This document shows, one piece after another, positions 28,679-38,961 of a DNA stretch of 64,000 nucleotides. Source of the stretch: Candidatus Moranbacteria bacterium RIFCSPHIGHO2_01_FULL_55_24 (GTDB taxonomy: Bacteria > Patescibacteriota > Minisyncoccia > Moranbacterales > UBA1568); NCBI GenBank assembly GCA_001786575.1, contig MFRW01000009.1, positions 24,979-88,978 of the forward strand. Reading direction: 5' to 3'. Position 1 is the first letter of the stretch, and every line of letters begins with the position of its first letter. Below the pieces are notes generated by a model, which did no database searches, had not been told where the DNA came from, and saw only the letters and a program-made list of their open reading frames with translations. The translations under genes were made by a program, and so were the position numbers.

Positions 28679-30040
28679 ATGGCCAAATCGAAGGTCCAGG
28701 ACCACGTCCGCATCCCACCGCAGAACATCGAAGCCGAGACTTCCGTCTTGGGCTCTCTCATGCTGGACAAGGACTCGATCATCAAGGTAGCAGACCTTCT
28801 CAAGGTCGGTGACTTCTACAAGGATGACCACAACGCGATCTACGAGACCATGCTGGCTCTCTACGAGGAGCGTGAACCGATCGATGTCTTGTCGCTTGCG
28901 AACCGTCTCGAGGAAAAAAGCCAACTGGAGCGCATCGGCGGGTCGAGCTATCTGGCCTCTCTCGTGAACTCCGTCCCTTCGGCGACGAACGTGTCTCACT
29001 ATGCCAAGGTCGTCCAGAAGAAGGCTCTCTTGCGCCGCCTCATCGGCGCGGCCAGCGAAATCGTCGAGATGGGATATGACGAAAGCGAAGACGTGCAGAA
29101 GGTCTTGGATGAAGCCGAGCAGAAACTCTTCGCTATTTCCCAGAAGTACATCAAGCAGGATTTCGTGCCGATCAAGTCCATCCTGGAAGTCGCCTTCAAC
29201 CGCATCGACGAGCTCCACAAGGGAGACCATTCCTTCCGCGGTGTCCCGACCCAGTTTCCGGATCTGGACAATCTCTTGGCCGGCCTCCAGAAGTCCGACC
29301 TTATCATCCTGGCCGCCCGCCCGTCCGTGGGTAAGACCACCTTCGCGCTCGATATCGCCCGTCAGGTAGGTGTCCATTCCAAAGTCCCGGTCGGCATCTT
29401 CTCTCTCGAAATGGGTTCCGACCAGCTGGTCGACCGCATGATCGCGGCCCAGGCCGGCGTAGACCTCTGGCGCTTGCGTACCGGCAAGCTCTCGAGTGAA
29501 GGCCCGAACAACGACTTCGAGCGGATTTCCGATGCGATGGGCGTCCTGGCCCAGGCCCCTATTTTCATCGACGACACCGGCTCGCTCAACATCCTGGAGA
29601 TGCGCACGATGGCGCGTCGCCTCCAGGCCGAGCACAACCTGGGTCTCATCATCGTCGACTACCTCCAGCTCATGGAGGGACGCTCGCGCTCCGGTGACAA
29701 CCGCGTCCAGGAAATTTCCGAGATCTCCCGCGGCCTGAAACAGCTGGCGCGCGAATTGAATATCCCGATCATCGCCCTTTCCCAGCTCTCACGTGCCGTA
29801 GAATCCCGCCCTGACCAGATGCCGAAGCTTTCCGACTTGCGCGAATCCGGCTCTATCGAACAGGACGCGGACGTCGTGATGTTCCTCTACCGCGAAGACC
29901 GCGTGAGGCCGGATACTCCGAATAAGAACATCGCCGATATCATCATCGCCAAGCATCGTAACGGTCCCGTGGGCAAGATCCAGCTCTACTTCGAAGACAA
30001 CTCTACGACCTTCAAGTCGCTCGAGAAAATCCATTCATAA
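28679..30040 (+). CDS. dnaB: replicative DNA helicase
   Basis: ARPSVGKT, DYLQL, LSQLSR, DLRESGSIEQDAD. Confidence 0.98.
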   Translation: MAKSKVQDHVRIPPQNIEAETSVLGSLMLDKDSIIKVADLLKVGDFYKDDHNAIYETMLALYEEREPIDVLSLANRLEEKSQLERIGGSSYLASLVNSVPSATNVSHYAKVVQKKALLRRLIGAASEIVEMGYDESEDVQKVLDEAEQKLFAISQKYIKQDFVPIKSILEVAFNRIDELHKGDHSFRGVPTQFPDLDNLLAGLQKSDLIILAARPSVGKTTFALDIARQVGVHSKVPVGIFSLEMGSDQLVDRMIAAQAGVDLWRLRTGKLSSEGPNNDFERISDAMGVLAQAPIFIDDTGSLNILEMRTMARRLQAEHNLGLIIVDYLQLMEGRSRSGDNRVQEISEISRGLKQLARELNIPIIALSQLSRAVESRPDQMPKLSDLRESGSIEQDADVVMFLYREDRVRPDTPNKNIADIIIAKHRNGPVGKIQLYFEDNSTTFKSLEKIHS

Positions 30041-30046
30041 AACAAA

Positions 30047-30643
30047 ATGGCTCTCTATCCGAAAGCGTTCCAATCGCTCATCGCGCATTTTTCTTCCTTG
30101 CCCTCCGTCGGTCCGAAGATGGCCGAGCGCGTCGTGCTCTATCTTTTCAAGCAAGACCCGGGGAAGCTCCAGGACTTCGCCGAGAGTTTCGAAGCGCTCC
30201 AGGAACTCAAGAGCTGCAAGCGCTGCTTCCATATCGCTGAAGGCGAGCTCTGCAGTATCTGTCAGGATGCCAAGCGCGAACAGTCCATCATCTGTCTCGT
30301 TGAAGAGCCTCTGGATGTCATCGCGATCGAACGGACCGGAGCGTACCACGGCCTCTACCATGTGCTCGGAGGGGTCATCGAAAGCGGGAAGAACGAGACG
30401 AACGGCCACCTGCGCGTGAGCGAGCTCCTACAGCGCGTTTCGGACGAGGGTACGGAAGAGGTAGTGCTTGCGACCAATCCGACCACCGAAGGCGATCTGA
30501 CGGCCCTGTATATCAAGAAAAAGCTCGAGCCGACCGGAGTCAAAGTGACCCGCATCGCCCGCGGCCTCGCTACCGGCGGGGACATCGAATATGCGGATGA
30601 GCTGACTCTCTCTTCCGCCCTGACGAACCGGAGGCAGATCTGA
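30047..30643 (+). CDS. recR: recombination mediator RecR
   Basis: HhH, C4 zinc finger, TOPRIM (ATNPTTEGD), IEYADE. Confidence 0.97.
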   Translation: MALYPKAFQSLIAHFSSLPSVGPKMAERVVLYLFKQDPGKLQDFAESFEALQELKSCKRCFHIAEGELCSICQDAKREQSIICLVEEPLDVIAIERTGAYHGLYHVLGGVIESGKNETNGHLRVSELLQRVSDEGTEEVVLATNPTTEGDLTALYIKKKLEPTGVKVTRIARGLATGGDIEYADELTLSSALTNRRQI

Positions 30644-30653
30644 ATGGAAAAAG

Positions 30654-30682
30654 AAAAAGGACCCTTTTCGGGGTCCTTTTTT
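30654..30682. terminator. bidirectional terminator recR/rplU
   Basis: AAAAAGGACCC-loop-GGGTCCTTTTT. Confidence 0.8.
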
Positions 30683-30685
30683 GAT

Positions 30686-30994
30686 TTAGGCGGAAATCTT
30701 GGTGATCTCGAGCTCTGTGAATGGCTGGCGATGGCCGAAGCGCACCAGATAGCGCTTCTTCGGCTTGTGCTTGATACCCTTCACTTTATCGTGGCGGCCA
30801 TGGGAGAGGATTTTGGCCTCGACAGCCGCCTTCTCGAGGACCGGCATACCGACCTCGACGCTTTTCTCATCACCGACAAACAGGGTTTCCAGCTTGAGCG
30901 TAGAACCTGCTTCCAAGGCGAGTTTCTCTACCTTGATCTTGTCGCCTTCTGCGACTTTGTATTGTTTTCCACCTGTACGGATTACCGCGATCAT
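30686..30994 (-). CDS. rplU: 50S ribosomal protein L21
   Basis: AVIRTGGKQYKV...GHRQPFT. Confidence 0.97.
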   Translation of the reverse strand: MIAVIRTGGKQYKVAEGDKIKVEKLALEAGSTLKLETLFVGDEKSVEVGMPVLEKAAVEAKILSHGRHDKVKGIKHKPKKRYLVRFGHRQPFTELEITKISA

Positions 30995-31066
30995 ATGTGT
31001 CATAGAAGCAAAATTGATACTTAGAGAGTATACGGGAATTCCCGGTTCCTGTCAACAAATCCCCGC

Positions 31067-32947
31067 TTACTGGAGAATCGCCTTGATCCGGCGGACGCCG
31101 GCCGAGGAGGCCTCCTCTTTGACGATCTTAAAACGGCCGAATTGGGCGATATCCGCCGTATTTTTGACATGGGGTCCGCCGCAGAGCTCCTGGGAATAGA
31201 CCGTGCTGTCGGGGCCTTCTACCTGGTAGACGGTCACTTTCTCCGGGTATTTCTCCCAGAAACTCCCCTCGACTCCGGCTGCCTTGGCGGCTTCTTTGTC
31301 CATGACGGTAGTGCCGACTGCCGCCCCGGCCTCGATAGCCTCGTTGACGTAAGCCTCCACCCGGTCGAGCGTTTCGCGCGGGACTTTTTCGGGATAAGTG
31401 AAATCGAAACGGGTCCGTTCTTCCGTGATATTGGAACCGGCCTGGTGCACGTCGTTCCCGAGCTCCTTGCGGAGCGCCGCAAGCAAGAGGTGCGTTGCCG
31501 TGTGGAAAGCAGTCACTTTGGCGCTGTGATCGGCGAGACCGCCTTTGAACTTCCCGGCGCTCGCGGTTCGGGAGAGATCCCGGTGTTTCTTGAATTCTCC
31601 GCGGTAGGTCTCTTCATCCACGACGATACCTTTTTCCTGGGCGATTTCCTGGGTCATCTCGAGCGGAAAGCCGTAGGTGGAGAAGAGTTCGAAAGCATCC
31701 TTTCCGGAAAGCGTTCCGGAAGCCAGGCGTTTCTCGAGTTCCTTCAGGCCGCGGACCAGAGTCTCGCGGAATTTGCTTTCTTCTTTGCCGAGCACTTCCT
31801 CGATCTCCTGTTCCTGTTCCTTCACGCTCGGGTATATGGAGGCATACTCGTCGGTGATGGTAGCAACGCTCGTTTTGAGCATGTTCGGTTGGATGCCGAG
31901 CATATCTGCGAAGCGGACTGACCGGCGGATAAGGCGCCGCAGGACGTAGCCCTGGTCGGTATTCGACGGGCGGACGCCATCGCCGATGAGAAAAACGCTT
32001 GCGCGCATGTGATCCATAAGGATGCGGAAGGCGTAGGTATGCGATATATCTTCCCCGTAGGTCTTCCCGGAGAGTTCTTCCAGCTTCTTGCGGAGCGTAT
32101 CGAAGATATCGCCTCGGAAAATATCCGGGTTATCGTTTTTGGCGGCCATGAGACGCTCCAATCCCCCGCCGAAGTCCACGTTCTTCTGGGCGAGCTTCTC
32201 GAAACCGCTTTCGGTCCGCTTGTATTCCATGAAGACGTTGTTGCCGATCTCTACGAAGCGGCCGCAATCGCAGTTCACATGGCAGGGCTGGTCTCTCCAA
32301 GGGGATGCTTCGTGCAGGCCGAGCTTTGCCCCGAAGTCCCAGAACATCTCGCTGTCCGGTCCGCCCGGTTCTCCTGCCGGCATATTGCCAGGCACGCCGG
32401 CGCGGCTCCACCAGTTCTTCTTCTCGCTGTAGTAGAAGATGTGCTCTCCTTCATGGATACCGTCTTCCTTGGAGTTCTCTCCGATCTTGGCGTCGATGCC
32501 GGCTTCCCGGAATAATTTTTTCCAAAGCTCTGCCGCTTCGGTATCTTTGGGAATGCCGAGCTCTTCGTTGCCGCGGAAACAGGTGAAGGAGAGGCGATGC
32601 GGGTCAAGCCCGATACGTTCGGTGAGGAATTCCCACATCCAGACGATCTGCTCTTGTTTGAAGTAGTCGCCGAAAGACCAGTTGCCGAGCATCTCGAAGA
32701 AGGTCGTATGACGATTGTCGCCGACTTCCTCGATGTCCTGGGCCCGGAAGCACTTCTGCGAATCCGCGATACGGGTTCCTAACGGATGTTTCTCTCCGAG
32801 AAGGAAGGGAATGATCGGCTGCATGCCGGAACCGGTGAAGAGTGTCGTCGGGTCGTTTTCGGGCACGAGCGGAGCCGAAGGCGTGATGGCATGCCCCTTT
32901 TCTTTGAAAAAATCCAAATAAGCGCTGCGGATCTCGTGAGCGTTCAT
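31067..32947 (-). CDS. alaS: alanine--tRNA ligase (short form lacking C-Ala domain)
   Basis: HTTFFEMLGNWSFGDYFK, HTATH, ELCGGPHV, GVRRI. Confidence 0.97.
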   Translation of the reverse strand: MNAHEIRSAYLDFFKEKGHAITPSAPLVPENDPTTLFTGSGMQPIIPFLLGEKHPLGTRIADSQKCFRAQDIEEVGDNRHTTFFEMLGNWSFGDYFKQEQIVWMWEFLTERIGLDPHRLSFTCFRGNEELGIPKDTEAAELWKKLFREAGIDAKIGENSKEDGIHEGEHIFYYSEKKNWWSRAGVPGNMPAGEPGGPDSEMFWDFGAKLGLHEASPWRDQPCHVNCDCGRFVEIGNNVFMEYKRTESGFEKLAQKNVDFGGGLERLMAAKNDNPDIFRGDIFDTLRKKLEELSGKTYGEDISHTYAFRILMDHMRASVFLIGDGVRPSNTDQGYVLRRLIRRSVRFADMLGIQPNMLKTSVATITDEYASIYPSVKEQEQEIEEVLGKEESKFRETLVRGLKELEKRLASGTLSGKDAFELFSTYGFPLEMTQEIAQEKGIVVDEETYRGEFKKHRDLSRTASAGKFKGGLADHSAKVTAFHTATHLLLAALRKELGNDVHQAGSNITEERTRFDFTYPEKVPRETLDRVEAYVNEAIEAGAAVGTTVMDKEAAKAAGVEGSFWEKYPEKVTVYQVEGPDSTVYSQELCGGPHVKNTADIAQFGRFKIVKEEASSAGVRRIKAILQ

Positions 32948-32956
32948 AAGCGGAAT

Positions 32957-33226
32957 CTAGTGGATACTCTTTATCTTTTCTTTGAGAAGCGCGTGATCCG
33001 CCTCTTTTGCCAGAAGATCTTGGCGGATGCGCTCTTTTTCCTTTTCGAGCTTCTCGATCTCTATCTTGGCTCGCTCCACAGTGTTCTTCTGCATGCGGAG
33101 CGCCTCGGCGTTCTGTCTTTCTGTAGCCTTCAGGTGTTCGAGATCGGCCGCGATGATGAGCATATCATTCTCGTAGCGATGCAGTTCCCGGCGGCTTTCT
33201 TCGGTGTTTCCGTGCTGGAGAGACAT
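32957..33226 (-). CDS. coiled-coil hypothetical protein
   Basis: Heptad-rich 89-aa ORF filling the gap upstream of alaS. Confidence 0.65.
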   Translation of the reverse strand: MSLQHGNTEESRRELHRYENDMLIIAADLEHLKATERQNAEALRMQKNTVERAKIEIEKLEKEKERIRQDLLAKEADHALLKEKIKSIH

Positions 33227-33285
33227 AGGCGGTACTTTGGAGAGAGAAGGTTTACTCTAGCAGATTTTCGGGGCAGAGACAAGCC

Positions 33286-35265
33286 TTATTCGGCCGCTCC
33301 CGAGGTCTCTGAAGGGCTGGAAACGATCGTAATCGTCACGCGGCTTTCTGAAGCGGGGATGCTCGATCCGAACCAATCCGGCTTGAAGAGGAGCTCGATC
33401 TTGCTTACTCCGGGATAGCTTTCCAGAACCTGTTGGATTCCGGCAGTATCCTTTCCGAGAAGTTCGTGTTTGAGCTTGTCCTGGTCTATAGCGGCTTGGA
33501 GAGCGGTTTCCGCATGGACTTTCATGCGGACTTCCCGAGCGTCGTAGTTCGGCGCGATTTCGCCGAAGTCGATCCGGGTATCACCCGCCTTGAAAGTGAC
33601 GCCGTTCACTTCGGTATTCAATGACTGCAGCACCTGTTTTTTGATAATATCTTCGGAAACAGCGAATGCCCGGGCTTTATAGCTCCGCGTGTATTCGAAG
33701 GTAGTCGCCACAGTTCCGGTTTTCGGCAGGTTGGCCGTTTCGAGAGGGGTGATTTCCAGGCTTTCGGAAAGCAGTTTCTCGTCTCCAGCCAGACGTGAGT
33801 TCACTTCTGCCAGAAAGGTTTCCTTCGCTTTCTCTTTGGCGTTATTCTCGGCTTTCTCGAGGTCGGCCTTGGTGATCGTGGCGATGTCGGAACCGGTATT
33901 CCCTCCCCCAGTCATGTTCTTCACGGATTTTCCGGAGAATTTCTCGTACTTCGGGCTGCCCTTGAAGCCGGGGATGGTGAACGTGGTCGGTGCGACATTG
34001 TATTCTTCCCCGGTCTGGTCAGCCATCACTTGAGCCTCGATCGCTCCCGGCTCGCTGGTCATTCCCGGTACGGTGATGCTTTCCGTCAAACGGAAGATTT
34101 TTCCGTCTGGTGTCTCGAAGCGAGTCGTGGCTACAAGCGATTGTGGATCTTTGCTGAATTCGTTATAGATGACGATGCTGCCGCGAGCTTTCTGACTCGA
34201 AGAGGCCGAGCTTCCGGTGGCAGTCTCGGTGACCGTGATCGGAATCTCCTTCTCTTCCAAGCGCACCGGAATCTTGTCGGAAGCGCCTTGCTCCGCCCCT
34301 ACCATCCCTACGAGGTTCAAGTCGCTCTTCTCTGCGGTTTCAAACGGCGTGATACGGACCTCTACCTTGGGGAAGAAGAGGAAAGCGGCCACACCTATAA
34401 CACAGAGAAGCGAAAGGCCTCCGAGGACGAAGAGAACGCCCTTGGCCTTGGCGTGGTGCACTTGCGGGGAGCGCGGTTTTTGAGAACTCGGCTTGGGAGC
34501 GGGAGCACTCGCCGGTTCTCGTCTGACTGGAGCGGATGCGGGAGATGGTATGCCTTGCTCCTGCCCGAAGAAACGCTTGAGAGCATCTTGGCGCTCGCCG
34601 GAATAGCTCCCTGTGCCAAAGTTCGGTTCGGGACGGGCTGAAGGAAGCGGAGCGGCAGTCGGCTTTTCCCCTAGGTTCGGTCTCTGGGCGAGATTCTCTC
34701 GCGGTGTTTCGTGGATGGCTTGCGCTTCTTGGTGGCGCAAAGAGTTGAGGCTGGGCGGACGTTCCGGAGCCGCATTCCGCACGCGGAGCGTCTGCATATC
34801 CTGAAGCGGCGCGCTTGGCGGAGCGGATTCCTCATGGGGCTGCCCCACTATGCCCATGCTCCCGCCGAAAAAGTCCGAGCTTCCGATGTTTTCGGAACGC
34901 GGGAGCGATTGTGACATTTCAGGAGAGGCTGGCGCGGCTTCACCTTTCGGAGGGGTATTGGGAACCCGAGCGGGTACCGGAATCTCTACGTGGTTCGCTT
35001 TCTGCGAGAAGTCGTCGGAGTATGTTTCTGTCTCGACGCCAGCCTTTTCGGCGAGCATTCTCCCGGTCTCGTCCTGGGTCACGACGATAATCTTCTTTCC
35101 GAGCTTCTGCGCTTCGCGCTGGAAGAGACGCAGGTTGACGATGCTTTGTAGGACGAGGGCACGTTTCGGGAAAACGAAGATATTCTCTCCCTCGGAAGAT
35201 TTCCGTAGGCGTCCGATGACGGAAATGATCTCTTCATCGCTCTCTATGTAAAATGTCTGTGACAT
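33286..35265 (-). CDS. bitopic membrane protein with baseplate J-like extracellular region
   Basis: N-terminal globular domain, Pro-rich linker, TM, ARGSIVIYN...ADQTGEEYN motifs. Confidence 0.7.
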   Translation of the reverse strand: MSQTFYIESDEEIISVIGRLRKSSEGENIFVFPKRALVLQSIVNLRLFQREAQKLGKKIIVVTQDETGRMLAEKAGVETETYSDDFSQKANHVEIPVPARVPNTPPKGEAAPASPEMSQSLPRSENIGSSDFFGGSMGIVGQPHEESAPPSAPLQDMQTLRVRNAAPERPPSLNSLRHQEAQAIHETPRENLAQRPNLGEKPTAAPLPSARPEPNFGTGSYSGERQDALKRFFGQEQGIPSPASAPVRREPASAPAPKPSSQKPRSPQVHHAKAKGVLFVLGGLSLLCVIGVAAFLFFPKVEVRITPFETAEKSDLNLVGMVGAEQGASDKIPVRLEEKEIPITVTETATGSSASSSQKARGSIVIYNEFSKDPQSLVATTRFETPDGKIFRLTESITVPGMTSEPGAIEAQVMADQTGEEYNVAPTTFTIPGFKGSPKYEKFSGKSVKNMTGGGNTGSDIATITKADLEKAENNAKEKAKETFLAEVNSRLAGDEKLLSESLEITPLETANLPKTGTVATTFEYTRSYKARAFAVSEDIIKKQVLQSLNTEVNGVTFKAGDTRIDFGEIAPNYDAREVRMKVHAETALQAAIDQDKLKHELLGKDTAGIQQVLESYPGVSKIELLFKPDWFGSSIPASESRVTITIVSSPSETSGAAE

Positions 35266-35279
35266 ATCCAGGTGTAATT

Positions 35280-36548
35280 TTAATTTTTTTCAAGCGATTG
35301 CATGCTGCGGCGCAAGATATGGGAAAGCATCTTCTCTTCTTCGATATGGTCGAGGAGGGCGAGATTCGCGAGTCCGATCGGGGTGATGTCCTGTGGATTG
35401 CCGAGGCGGCCGGTAGTATCGGTGATGCGGACGATATCTTTCGGTTGGAGATAGCTCACTTGAGGCGCTTTGGAGAAGGGCAATGATTGGGCCCATTCGG
35501 AAGCGCCGAGCGCCTGTTTGATGCCCGGGAGCCCTGATCCTCCTCCGCAAAGGAAAATGCGCGATGGCAGAAGGTCGGTCTCTGCGAATTCCAGAAGCGA
35601 GAGTTCGACTCCGCCGATCCAGACGCGGCAGTCGTCGGCAAAAAGCGCCGCGATGCGGCTGGCATCGGCTCCGGGGAGTTTGCCGAGAGAGTAGTCGATC
35701 TTCATGCGCTCGGCCGTATCGAAAGGGATCTGGAATTCCTGGGCGAGACGCTTGGTGAAGGCACGGCCGCCCAAAGCGAACATTTTCGTTCCCTCGAGTC
35801 CGCCGTTCCGCACGACTGCGATGTCGGTCGTTCCCCCGCCGACATCTATGAAGATAGCGCTGAAGTCGAGCATATCTTCCACTTCGATGGAGCGGGCGAC
35901 TGCGTATGGTTCTGCAGCGATGGAAAGGAGATCCAAGTCGAGTTCATCGGCGATCGTCTGGAGGGCGCCTAAGTGGATCATCGGCGCATAGGCGTTGAAG
36001 ACGCTCATCGAGACGTCTTTCCCCTGGAAGTTGACCGGGTTCATGACATGATAGCCGTCGATCCGCACGTCGACTATGGCGGCGTTGATGAGCTTCACCT
36101 CGATATCGTTCTGGCCGGTCTCCCAGGCGAGCTGCTTCTTGATGCGTTCGTAGGCCTTCTCCTGGACTTTCTGGATGATCATCTTGAGTTCCGGGATAGC
36201 GATGCGGATTTCCGGATTGACGCGCTCGTAGTGGACGGTCGTGGTCGTCCCCTTGACCAGCTCGCCGGCGATGCCGATGATGCTCTTCTCGACGCGCTTT
36301 ACCTTGGCCTCTTCTTTGGCGAGCGAGATGGCCTCACGCGAGGATTCGATCACGCCGCTGATATCGGAGACTGCTCCGCTCTGCATATTGCCGGCTTTCT
36401 GCGGAGCCCGGCCGACCCCGATCACCGTCCCGTGCTTCTGGTCGTTTTCGACGCGAAAAATAAGCGCTTTGACGACTTCGGTACCGATGTCGAGCGCCAG
36501 GATGAGGTCAGTCTCCTGTTTCCATGAAAATCCTGAAAAAAGTCCCAT
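35280..36548 (-). CDS. FtsA-like actin-family ATPase
   Basis: ALDIGTEVVK, AEPYAVA, IDVGGGTTD, LCGGGS. Confidence 0.85.
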   Translation of the reverse strand: MGLFSGFSWKQETDLILALDIGTEVVKALIFRVENDQKHGTVIGVGRAPQKAGNMQSGAVSDISGVIESSREAISLAKEEAKVKRVEKSIIGIAGELVKGTTTTVHYERVNPEIRIAIPELKMIIQKVQEKAYERIKKQLAWETGQNDIEVKLINAAIVDVRIDGYHVMNPVNFQGKDVSMSVFNAYAPMIHLGALQTIADELDLDLLSIAAEPYAVARSIEVEDMLDFSAIFIDVGGGTTDIAVVRNGGLEGTKMFALGGRAFTKRLAQEFQIPFDTAERMKIDYSLGKLPGADASRIAALFADDCRVWIGGVELSLLEFAETDLLPSRIFLCGGGSGLPGIKQALGASEWAQSLPFSKAPQVSYLQPKDIVRITDTTGRLGNPQDITPIGLANLALLDHIEEEKMLSHILRRSMQSLEKN

Positions 36549-36594
36549 ACGGGTTTTATTATACCACCGTTTGCCGCTTCAATCGATGCGCGAA

Positions 36595-37626
36595 TCAGGA
36601 AATTTTCTGCGGTATGCATTTCTCTATGGCGCGCTCCATAGCTTGCTTCGAAAGCAGCCCTTTCGTCGCGCTGAAAGCGCTGATGACGCTCTGGCTGTTG
36701 GCCATGCCATAGCGGAGCGCCGTATCCAAAGTTTTCCCGGCAAGAAGCGCCCCGAAAAATCCGGAGGAAAAAGCGTCTCCGGCCCCGGTAGCATCTACTA
36801 CCGGTTCGCTTCGTTTCGGGACTGCGCACTGCCAGATCTGCTTGCCGTCAGAAGCCCAAGCACCGCGCCGGCCATCGGTCAGGCAGAGCGTCGGGACACC
36901 GGCGGCATGGAGTTTCCGGATGAGGATGGTCTCATCTTCGAGGCTCTCTCCGGCCTCATGAGGATGGCTCGGAAGCAGAAGCTCGATAGCCTCATCTTTG
37001 TTCAGCATGAGGACTGAAACTTCCTTCAAAAGCGAGAGGACGAAGGCTCCGTCGCTCTTGATATTGTGCTGGCCGGGATTTAGGGCGAGTCGGAAGCCGT
37101 AGCGCTTCTTGGCTTCGAGGATATGATGGACATTCCCCTTCCAGTCGCCGTTTAGGGAGCTGACAAAGACCCACTCGGCTCGAGCCAAGTCTTCTTCGCG
37201 GACCTGGAGCTTCTCGTTGGCATCGCGGTTATGGAAAATAGTGCGGTCGCCCCTTCCGGTGAGGACGATGATGGCGGAAAGATCCGTACTCGTATCGGAA
37301 AGCGTTTTGAGGAAGCGTGTGCTGACGCCTTCGCTTGAGAGGATTTTCCTGGCCCAAGAACCGATCTCGTCATCTCCCACGCAGCTATAGCAGGCGGCGC
37401 GGTGTCCGAGACGCGAGAGGCCTACGGAGACATTGGCGGCCACTCCGCCGATCCCTTCAGAGCGGTCCGGGATGCTGATCTTCCCGCCGATTTCGAAAGC
37501 CACCTTTTCCTTGGAGGTGATGTCTTCGGGGGTGTGTACGATCACGCCTTCGTCAGTCGGAAGGAAAATATCCTTGGAAATCGAACCGATACAGATGATC
37601 GGGCTCGCGAAGAAATTGCGGAACAT
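36595..37626 (-). CDS. PfkB family carbohydrate kinase
   Basis: GGVAAN, NKDEA, DATGAGDAF. Confidence 0.93.
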   Translation of the reverse strand: MFRNFFASPIICIGSISKDIFLPTDEGVIVHTPEDITSKEKVAFEIGGKISIPDRSEGIGGVAANVSVGLSRLGHRAACYSCVGDDEIGSWARKILSSEGVSTRFLKTLSDTSTDLSAIIVLTGRGDRTIFHNRDANEKLQVREEDLARAEWVFVSSLNGDWKGNVHHILEAKKRYGFRLALNPGQHNIKSDGAFVLSLLKEVSVLMLNKDEAIELLLPSHPHEAGESLEDETILIRKLHAAGVPTLCLTDGRRGAWASDGKQIWQCAVPKRSEPVVDATGAGDAFSSGFFGALLAGKTLDTALRYGMANSQSVISAFSATKGLLSKQAMERAIEKCIPQKIS

Positions 37627-37635
37627 GCTTTTGTT

Positions 37636-38919
37636 TTAATGTGTTTCTTGCCAGATTTTGAGCAAGCGATTGTACTTGGCGATGCGCTCGCCGCGCGACA
37701 GCGATCCGGTCTTGATGAATTCGGCACCTGTTCCGACAGCGAGATCGGCGATGAAGTCGTCGACGGTTTCCCCGGAACGGTGCGATATGACTGTGCGCAT
37801 CCCTTCTTTCTGTGCCAGGTGGATGCAGTCGAGGGTCTCGGTGAGGGTTCCGATCTGATTCGGCTTGATGAGCACGGCATTGCAGGCCCCTGTCTCGATG
37901 GCTTTCTTCAAGCGTGTGACATTCGTTACCAGGAGGTCGTCACCGATAAGCATAAGCGGAGCGCTCCAAGCGACCGGCACCTTCTCGAGTTTTTCGCGCA
38001 TGGTGTTCCAGCCGCTCCAGTCTTCTTCCTGGAGTCCGTCTTCGATGGAAACGACATTGTAGAGGCTGATCCATTCCCGATAGACGTTGATCAGGCTTTC
38101 ACGCGACAGCGAGACATTCTCCGGCTTCAGAGCGTACTGATCCTGATCCTTATCATAGAAAGAATTCGCGGCGACATCGAGGCCGATGAACACCTGCTTC
38201 CCGGGATGGTAGCCCGCTTCGGTGATCGCCTGGTTCAGGAGTTCCAATGCCCGCTTGTGGCTCTCCAGATGCGGTGCGAAACCGCCTTCGTCCCCTACTC
38301 CGATAGAAAGGTTCTCTTGGATGAGGAGATTCTTCAAAGTATGGAAGATCTCGCTTCCGGCACGAAGCTGTTCCGGATAGCCGACGATCCCGCTCGGGAT
38401 GATCTTGAATTCCTGGGCTGACAATCCGGAGTCGCTGTGCTTGCCGCCATTCAGCACATTGAACATCGGCACGGGATAAGAAACGTCCTTCTTCCGGCTC
38501 TTTCCGAAGAGTTTCTCGATGTGCTGGTAGAGTGGCAACCCCTGGCTCATGGCTGCCGCTCTGGCGGCCGCGAGCGAGACGCCGAGGATAGCATTCGCGC
38601 CTAAGCGCGCCTTGTTCTCCGTCCCATCGAGCGCGATAAGCGCCCGGTCGAGCGCCTCTTGGTCGCTCGGGTCGTGGCCGAGGAGAGCTGCTTCGATTTC
38701 GCTGGAAACGTGACTGACGGCCTGGCTCACGCCGAGGCCATGGTATTCGCTCGGTACGTTGTCGCGCAATTCTACGGCTTCGAAGGTACCGGTAGAGGCT
38801 CCGGACGGAACGCCAGCGGTCGCTTGTGTGCCGTCGTCGAGGATTACAGTGGCTTCAAGGGTAGGATTGCCTCTGGAGTCGAGGATTTGCCGGGCTGAAA
38901 TGCGGGTGATTTTTGCCAT
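37636..38919 (-). CDS. eno: enolase
   Basis: DSRGNPT, PSGASTG, GDEGGFAP, SHRSGET. Confidence 0.98.
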   Translation of the reverse strand: MAKITRISARQILDSRGNPTLEATVILDDGTQATAGVPSGASTGTFEAVELRDNVPSEYHGLGVSQAVSHVSSEIEAALLGHDPSDQEALDRALIALDGTENKARLGANAILGVSLAAARAAAMSQGLPLYQHIEKLFGKSRKKDVSYPVPMFNVLNGGKHSDSGLSAQEFKIIPSGIVGYPEQLRAGSEIFHTLKNLLIQENLSIGVGDEGGFAPHLESHKRALELLNQAITEAGYHPGKQVFIGLDVAANSFYDKDQDQYALKPENVSLSRESLINVYREWISLYNVVSIEDGLQEEDWSGWNTMREKLEKVPVAWSAPLMLIGDDLLVTNVTRLKKAIETGACNAVLIKPNQIGTLTETLDCIHLAQKEGMRTVISHRSGETVDDFIADLAVGTGAEFIKTGSLSRGERIAKYNRLLKIWQETH

Positions 38920-38961
38920 ACGATCAGTAAAGGATTGGGCGGTTATGTTTCTTCTAGTGTA

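Noticed and set aside
31067-32947. Short AlaRS, and compact PGK (38962-40011) and HrcA, as pseudogenes
   Set aside because: Catalytic motifs are intact and ORFs end cleanly; shortened forms are expected in reduced genomes.
33286-35265. Baseplate J-like gene as a prophage remnant
   Set aside because: Embedded in a housekeeping run with host-like composition; no other phage genes.
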